A DNA stretch of 64,000 bases from Candidatus Puniceispirillaceae bacterium (lineage in GTDB: Bacteria; Pseudomonadota; Alphaproteobacteria; Puniceispirillales; Puniceispirillaceae), in assembly GCA_049623505.1 (NCBI GenBank), contig JBMZTC010000012.1, forward strand, positions 13,008 through 77,007, written 5' to 3'. Below, piece by piece: positions 57,364-64,000 of this stretch. Every line of letters begins with the position of its first letter. Position 1 is the first letter of the stretch. The notes beneath the pieces are model-generated. The model was given only the letters and a program-made list of their open reading frames with translations. It did not search any database and had not been told where the DNA came from. A program made the translations under genes and the position numbers.

Positions 57364-57398
57364 GGGTCTTGGCTGCTCCGGGTCTTGGCTGCTCCGGG
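57364..57398 (-). repeat. Exact 16-bp tandem duplication directly after the MATE stop codon
   Basis: GGGTCTTGGCTGCTCC x2 plus GGG. Confidence 0.9.
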
Positions 57399-58841
57399 TC
57401 AGGCGGACAGGATCGACCCGCCATCGCGAACCCGCCGCATCGCCCGCCACATGCGTATGCTGAGAAGCAGCGCTGCCACTGTCAGCCCCAGCGCCAGCCC
57501 GCCCCACACTCCGGTCGGGCCCATGCCGAAGGTGAATCCGAAGACAGCCCCGGCACCAACGCCGGTGATCCAGAAACTGGCAATGGCGATGGTCCCCGGA
57601 ACGCGGGTGTCGTTGAGACCGCGAAGAATCGACATGGCGATGGCCTGCAGCCCGTCCGGAACCTGAAACAGCGCCGTCAGCAGCATCATCGGCAATGCCA
57701 GCGCCATCACCTCGGCAAACATGGCGTCGCCGCTGTTGAGGAACAGCCCCACCAGGGTTTCGGGCCAGATCAGCAGGATCAGTGTCGTGGCGAGGGTCGC
57801 CCCGATGCCAAGCCAGAAACTGGCACTGGCGCTTCGCGACAGGTTCAGCCGGTCCGCAGCGCCAGCGAAATTGCCGATGCGGATGGTGCTGGCCTGGGCG
57901 ATGGCGATTGGCACCATGAAAAACACCGCTGCAAGCTGGTTGGCGATCGCCGCCGCGGCAAGGCCGGCAGTGCTGAAAAGTCCGATCAGAAAGGTTACGG
58001 CGATGAACATGCCGGCCTCGGCGACAATGGTCAGGCCGATTGGCACACCGATGCGAAGAAGCCTGACGGTCACCCCCCAATCCATGACCCATAATCGCCG
58101 GAAGGGGCTGCCATTCCGGAATGGCGGCACAAGGGCGATATAGGTGATCAATCCCGCGCACAGCACGATATAGACAATTGAGGTGGCCAGCGCCACGCCG
58201 GCCAGACCCATTTCCGGCAACGGACCAAGACCGGACACGAAAGCCTCGTTCAGGGCGACATTGGTGGCAAGCGCGAGAAGCACCGCGATGACCTGCGCCA
58301 GCGGTCGCTGGTGCGAGATGATATATTGTCGCAAAACAAAGGACAGGAACATGAACGGCATGCCGAAACTCGACCAGATCAGGAACGGCTCGCCACGGCG
58401 CGCCAGTTCCGGATCCTGCCCCAGCGCGACCAGCACTTCCTCGCCGACAAACAGAAGCGGCACCGCGATCATGCCAAGCGTAAAGGCGACCGCCATCCCC
58501 TGACGGAAGGCCCGTCGGACCTGACGTTCATCACCGGCCCCGATGCCCTGCGCCACAAGCGGGCCGACGGCCAGTGAAATGCCGAGCGCAAGAAAATAAA
58601 GAGGCTGGTAATAGCGAGACGCCAGCGCGCCGGCGGCAAGGCTGAGGCTGTCGATCCGCCCCATGGCAATGGTGTCGCTCGTCCAGATGCCGATGGTCGC
58701 AAGCTGCCCGATGACCAGCGGCGCGGCAAGCCGCGTGTTCCAGCGCAAATGCTCGCGCCAGCTCATGGTCTGCCCGTCTTGGGCTGAACCGCCCGTGGCT
58801 GATCTGCCCCTGGCTGACCTGATCGGGTCGGGGTGGTCCAT
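57399..58841 (-). CDS. MATE-family efflux transporter (NorM-like)
   Basis: LAAPLVIGQ, VGPLVAQGIGA, IGVPIGL, FQVPDGLQ, LRGLNDT; RBS GAGGA. Confidence 0.93.
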   Translation of the reverse strand: MDHPDPIRSARGRSATGGSAQDGQTMSWREHLRWNTRLAAPLVIGQLATIGIWTSDTIAMGRIDSLSLAAGALASRYYQPLYFLALGISLAVGPLVAQGIGAGDERQVRRAFRQGMAVAFTLGMIAVPLLFVGEEVLVALGQDPELARRGEPFLIWSSFGMPFMFLSFVLRQYIISHQRPLAQVIAVLLALATNVALNEAFVSGLGPLPEMGLAGVALATSIVYIVLCAGLITYIALVPPFRNGSPFRRLWVMDWGVTVRLLRIGVPIGLTIVAEAGMFIAVTFLIGLFSTAGLAAAAIANQLAAVFFMVPIAIAQASTIRIGNFAGAADRLNLSRSASASFWLGIGATLATTLILLIWPETLVGLFLNSGDAMFAEVMALALPMMLLTALFQVPDGLQAIAMSILRGLNDTRVPGTIAIASFWITGVGAGAVFGFTFGMGPTGVWGGLALGLTVAALLLSIRMWRAMRRVRDGGSILSA

Positions 58842-58970
58842 AAAATCCTCTGGAGATCGTCCATAAGGCCGGACGGAATGCCAACGTGTCAAAATGCGCT
58901 CAACTGTGGTATCGCGTAGACTATTGGGGTGCAAGGATTTTGACGGGGTGTCCCGTCATGGAAGCGGGAT

Positions 58971-59798
58971 ATGCCAAGGAAGCCAGCCGGACGATCTTCG
59001 ACACGCGGTCCCTCGGGGCGCAGCTATCGCAATGATACGGGTCTGACCCGCAAGCCGAAAAAGATGCGTGGCCGCAAACCGTCCTCGCAGCGGTGGCTGA
59101 CGCGCCAGCTGAACGACCCGTTCGTCGCCGAGGCCAAATCCCGCGGGTTCCGGTCGCGCGCGGCGTTGAAGCTTGAACAGATTGATGATCGCTATGGCAT
59201 TCTGAAACCCGGCATGGCCATTGTCGATCTTGGGTGCGCGCCCGGCGGCTGGCTTCAGGTGACGGCCGACCGGATCCGTCTTGGCAGCGGCAATGCCAGG
59301 CTGGTCGGGATTGATCTGCTGGAAACCGATGTGCTGGATGATGTCGAGATCTTTGTCGGCGACATGACCGAGCCGGACATGCTCGACAAGGTGCGGTCGG
59401 CTGTTGGGGGGCGCGCCAACGGGGTGATGAGCGATATGGCGGCGGCGACCACAGGACATCGTCCGACGGACCATCTTCGCACGACGGCGCTTCTCGAGGC
59501 GGCGCTGGATTTCGCCATCGAGGTGCTGGTCGAGGACGGGTTCTTTGTCGCCAAATGTTTCCGGGGGGGCGCCGAGCAAAGCGTGCTGGAACTGATGCAG
59601 CGCAATTTTCAGACCGTACGGCATGTCAAACCGGCGGCAAGCCGACAGGAATCCGTGGAAAGCTATGTCCTTGCCACCGGCTTTCACGGCGCTGGCGGGC
59701 GCGCCGGCGATGCCCCGGACGGTGGCCATGATGAAGGTCAGGATGACAATCCGGATGCATCCCCGCCAGACGGCGTGGGCGGTTACTCGCCAATCTAG
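58971..59798 (+). CDS. rlmE: 23S rRNA Um2552 methyltransferase
   Basis: WLTRQLNDPF, FRSRAALKL, DLGCAPGGW, SDMAA, ASRQESVE. Confidence 0.96.
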   Translation: MPRKPAGRSSTRGPSGRSYRNDTGLTRKPKKMRGRKPSSQRWLTRQLNDPFVAEAKSRGFRSRAALKLEQIDDRYGILKPGMAIVDLGCAPGGWLQVTADRIRLGSGNARLVGIDLLETDVLDDVEIFVGDMTEPDMLDKVRSAVGGRANGVMSDMAAATTGHRPTDHLRTTALLEAALDFAIEVLVEDGFFVAKCFRGGAEQSVLELMQRNFQTVRHVKPAASRQESVESYVLATGFHGAGGRAGDAPDGGHDEGQDDNPDASPPDGVGGYSPI

Positions 59799-59827
59799 CC
59801 ATTTCGACGGCGAAATGTCTCATTTGA

Positions 59828-61372
<1,545 letters not shown>

Positions 61373-61393
61373 GCCCCGGGAGCGCCGCCGCGG

Positions 61394-62704
61394 ATGACCC
61401 CTGCAGCCCGCATCGCTGCCGTTATCGAGATCCTGTCCGACGCGCCGGAAGGTGTGCCGGCCGGGTCGGTGCTGCGCCGTGGATTGCAGCAGCGGCGTTA
61501 CGCCGGATCGGGTGACAGGCAGGCCATCAGCACATTGTTCTGGACTGTCCATCGGGCGCTGGCGCGCCTGTCCTGGCATCTTGGGAAGCAGGGGCATGAG
61601 GTAACGCCTCGGGCGCTTGTGATCGCCGCCCTGCGGCTTGCCGATGATCTTGACGCCGCGACGCTGGAAACGCGGTTCGGGGGCGATGACAGGCATGCGT
61701 CGCCAGCCCTGACCGAGGCCGAACAGGCCCTTCTTGCGGCGCTTGACGGGAATCTGCTTGATGATCCCGCCATGCCGCCTGCCACACGGCTGGAATGGCC
61801 AGAGGAATTGATGGCGGATGCTGAAGCGGCGCTTGGCGAGGCTGCCGGGAGCGAACTTGCCGCCATGCGCGGCGAGGCGGGAACGGATATCCGGATCAAT
61901 CCGCTGAAGCTTGATGACCGGCGGCGCCTGCGGGACCGGCTTGCCGGTCGCGGGCTGAAATGCCATCCGACGCGTATTTCGCCGCTTGGCATCAGGATGG
62001 AAAAACGGGTGCGGGTTGAGGACAGTCCGGAATTCCGCAGTGGCCTGTTCGAGATTCAGGGTGAGGCCTCGCAGATTGCCGCGCTGTTGTGCGATGCGCA
62101 GCCAGGCATGCAGGTGGCTGATATCTGTGCCGGCGCGGCTGGCAAGTCGCTGGTGATGGCAGCGGCGATGCAGAACCGGGGCCGGATCGTGGCGCTGGAC
62201 AGCGACCCGGTGCGTCTTGAACGCGGCGCGGCGCGGATCAGGCGCGCCGGCATCCATAATATTGAACGGGTGACGGTGCCTGCCGACTGGGGCACGAAGC
62301 GCTATCGCGCGAAATTCGACCGTGTTGTCATCGACGCACCCTGCAGCGGGTCCGGCACCTGGCGGCGCGCTGTCGATGCCAGGTGGCGCTGTGATGCCGC
62401 CGGTCTTGCCGGCCTTAACGCGGCGCAGGCCGCGCTGCTGGATCGGGGGCGGGCGATGGTGGCCCCGGGCGGGCGCATCATCTACATTACCTGCTCGCTT
62501 TTGCGAAGCGAGGGCGAGGCGCAGGTCGAACGTCTTCTTGCCGAGGCGCCGGAACTGGAGATCGCCGAAATACCGGCCATCTGGCAGGACGTGATTGGCA
62601 CGGATAATTGTCCGCCGGCACCGGGCGGGATGCTGCGGCTGCTGCCGGGTCGTGACGGGACTGACGGTTTCTTTCTGGCGGTGCTGCAGGCAAAGCGACG
62701 GTGA
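61394..62704 (+). CDS. RsmB/NOP2-family RNA cytosine methyltransferase
   Basis: DICAGAAGK, DAPCSGSGTWRR, YITCS, DGFF. Confidence 0.93.
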   Translation: MTPAARIAAVIEILSDAPEGVPAGSVLRRGLQQRRYAGSGDRQAISTLFWTVHRALARLSWHLGKQGHEVTPRALVIAALRLADDLDAATLETRFGGDDRHASPALTEAEQALLAALDGNLLDDPAMPPATRLEWPEELMADAEAALGEAAGSELAAMRGEAGTDIRINPLKLDDRRRLRDRLAGRGLKCHPTRISPLGIRMEKRVRVEDSPEFRSGLFEIQGEASQIAALLCDAQPGMQVADICAGAAGKSLVMAAAMQNRGRIVALDSDPVRLERGAARIRRAGIHNIERVTVPADWGTKRYRAKFDRVVIDAPCSGSGTWRRAVDARWRCDAAGLAGLNAAQAALLDRGRAMVAPGGRIIYITCSLLRSEGEAQVERLLAEAPELEIAEIPAIWQDVIGTDNCPPAPGGMLRLLPGRDGTDGFFLAVLQAKRR

Positions 62705-62760
62705 GTCGTGGCGGTGGATTCAGAGCAGATGAATGACAGTGTGAATGGCGGGATGGGCCA

Positions 62761-64000
62761 ATGAGTGATCCGGTGAATGACAATGTGCTGATTATCGATT
62801 TTGGCTCGCAGGTGACCCAGCTGATCGCGCGCCGCCTTCGCGAGGTCGGGGTCTATACCGAAATCCTGCCCTGCACGGTCGATCCGGCGCGGATCACCGC
62901 CGCGGCGCCGCGCGGAATCATCCTGTCAGGCGGCCCGAATTCGGTGGCGATGGCGGATACACCACGCGCCCCGCAGGCGGTGTTCGACCTTGGCGTGCCG
63001 GTTCTCGGGATCTGTTATGGCCAGCAGACAATGTGCCAGCAGCTTGGGGGCCGGGTCGAGCCGGGAACAAGTCGTGAATTCGGCCGCGCCACCCTCGATA
63101 TCACCGATGAATGCCGGTTGTTTGACGGGTTGTGGCCGGTTGGCGAGGCCCGCACTGTCTGGATGAGCCATGGCGATCATGTTGCCGCGCTGCCGGCCGG
63201 GTTCCGTGTTGTCGCGACATCCAATGGCGCGCCCTATGCCGCCGTGGCGGATGATGATCGTCGCCTCTATGGCGTTCAGTTCCATCCCGAGGTGGTTCAT
63301 ACCGAAGAGGGCGCGGCGCTGCTGTCACGATTTGCGCTTGGTGTCTGCGGCTGTTCGGGAACCTGGTCGATGACCGCCTATCGGTCCCGTGCCATTGCGG
63401 CGATCCGCGCCCAGGTTGGCGATGGCAAGGTCATCTGCGGCCTGTCGGGCGGGGTTGATTCCTCGGTTGCGGCGGTGCTGATCCATGAGGCCATCGGCGA
63501 CCAGTTGACCTGTGTGTTTGTCGATCACGGGCTGCTCCGCGCCGGCGAGGCGGAAGAGGTGGTGGCGCTGTTTGGCGGCCATTACAACATTCCGCTGATC
63601 CATCGTGATGCGTCGGGGATGTTCCTTGGCAGGCTTGATGGCGTGTCCGATCCCGAGGCCAAGCGCAAGATCATCGGTGCCAGCTTCATCGAGGTGTTCG
63701 AGGAAGAGGCAAACCGCATCGAGGGCGCCGGGTTCCTGGCCCAGGGAACGCTGTATCCCGATGTCATCGAGAGCATTTCCGCCGCCGGCGGAGATGCGGT
63801 GACCATCAAGTCGCACCATAATGTTGGCGGTCTGCCCGACCATATGAAGCTTGAACTTGTCGAGCCGCTTCGCGAATTGTTCAAGGACGAGGTGCGCGAC
63901 CTCGGGCGTGAGCTTGGCCTTCCCGAAACGCTTGTCGGCCGGCACCCGTTCCCGGGCCCGGGCCTCGCCATCCGCGTGCCTGGCGAGATCACCGGCGAAA
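62761..64000 (+). CDS. guaA: GMP synthase (3' partial)
   Basis: [72 protein letters not shown]; runs off the window. Confidence 0.99.
   Translation, partial: MSDPVNDNVLIIDFGSQVTQLIARRLREVGVYTEILPCTVDPARITAAAPRGIILSGGPNSVAMADTPRAPQAVFDLGVPVLGICYGQQTMCQQLGGRVEPGTSREFGRATLDITDECRLFDGLWPVGEARTVWMSHGDHVAALPAGFRVVATSNGAPYAAVADDDRRLYGVQFHPEVVHTEEGAALLSRFALGVCGCSGTWSMTAYRSRAIAAIRAQVGDGKVICGLSGGVDSSVAAVLIHEAIGDQLTCVFVDHGLLRAGEAEEVVALFGGHYNIPLIHRDASGMFLGRLDGVSDPEAKRKIIGASFIEVFEEEANRIEGAGFLAQGTLYPDVIESISAAGGDAVTIKSHHNVGGLPDHMKLELVEPLRELFKDEVRDLGRELGLPETLVGRHPFPGPGLAIRVPGEITGE

Overview
A ~64 kb, GC-rich stretch of core alphaproteobacterial chromosome (gene content such as atp12, DUF1489, a RamB/PccR-type regulator and plcP suggests a marine lineage, possibly SAR116-like; this is inference only). 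It runs from the end of the ribosomal alpha operon (partial rpoA, rplQ) to a partial guaA. In between are: a frameshifted DUF1272 gene in front of rarA-crcB-rluC-atp12 plus a small HEPN-motif gene; allE-lipB; tRNA-Leu(GAG); MFS, DUF2938, SDR, VOC and aminotransferase genes; a TRAP transporter with an amidase; a CueR-controlled DUF4396-copC-copD-multicopper oxidase operon; a phosphate-starvation lipid-remodelling locus (plcP plus a glycosyltransferase fused to diacylglycerol kinase, with a candidate Pho-box array); pgi plus a predicted RNase H-fold nuclease; carbonic anhydrase, LysR and glnK-amtB; a BMP-type purine/nucleoside ABC transporter followed by hydroxyacid dehydrogenase, glycerate kinase and a PLP decarboxylase; aceA with a divergent regulator; and mgtE, glnE, MATE, rlmE, guaB and rsmB. 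I found no integrase, transposase, phage gene or CRISPR array. The best novelty candidates are the GT4::DgkA fusion, the DUF1272/RarA frameshift with a G-rich repeat, the CueR operon without a CopA, the stand-alone HEPN-like gene, and a recurrent pattern of 14-19 bp tandem duplications at gene boundaries. All product calls come from motif recognition by eye, not database searches, and start codons were chosen from RBS or overlap evidence.
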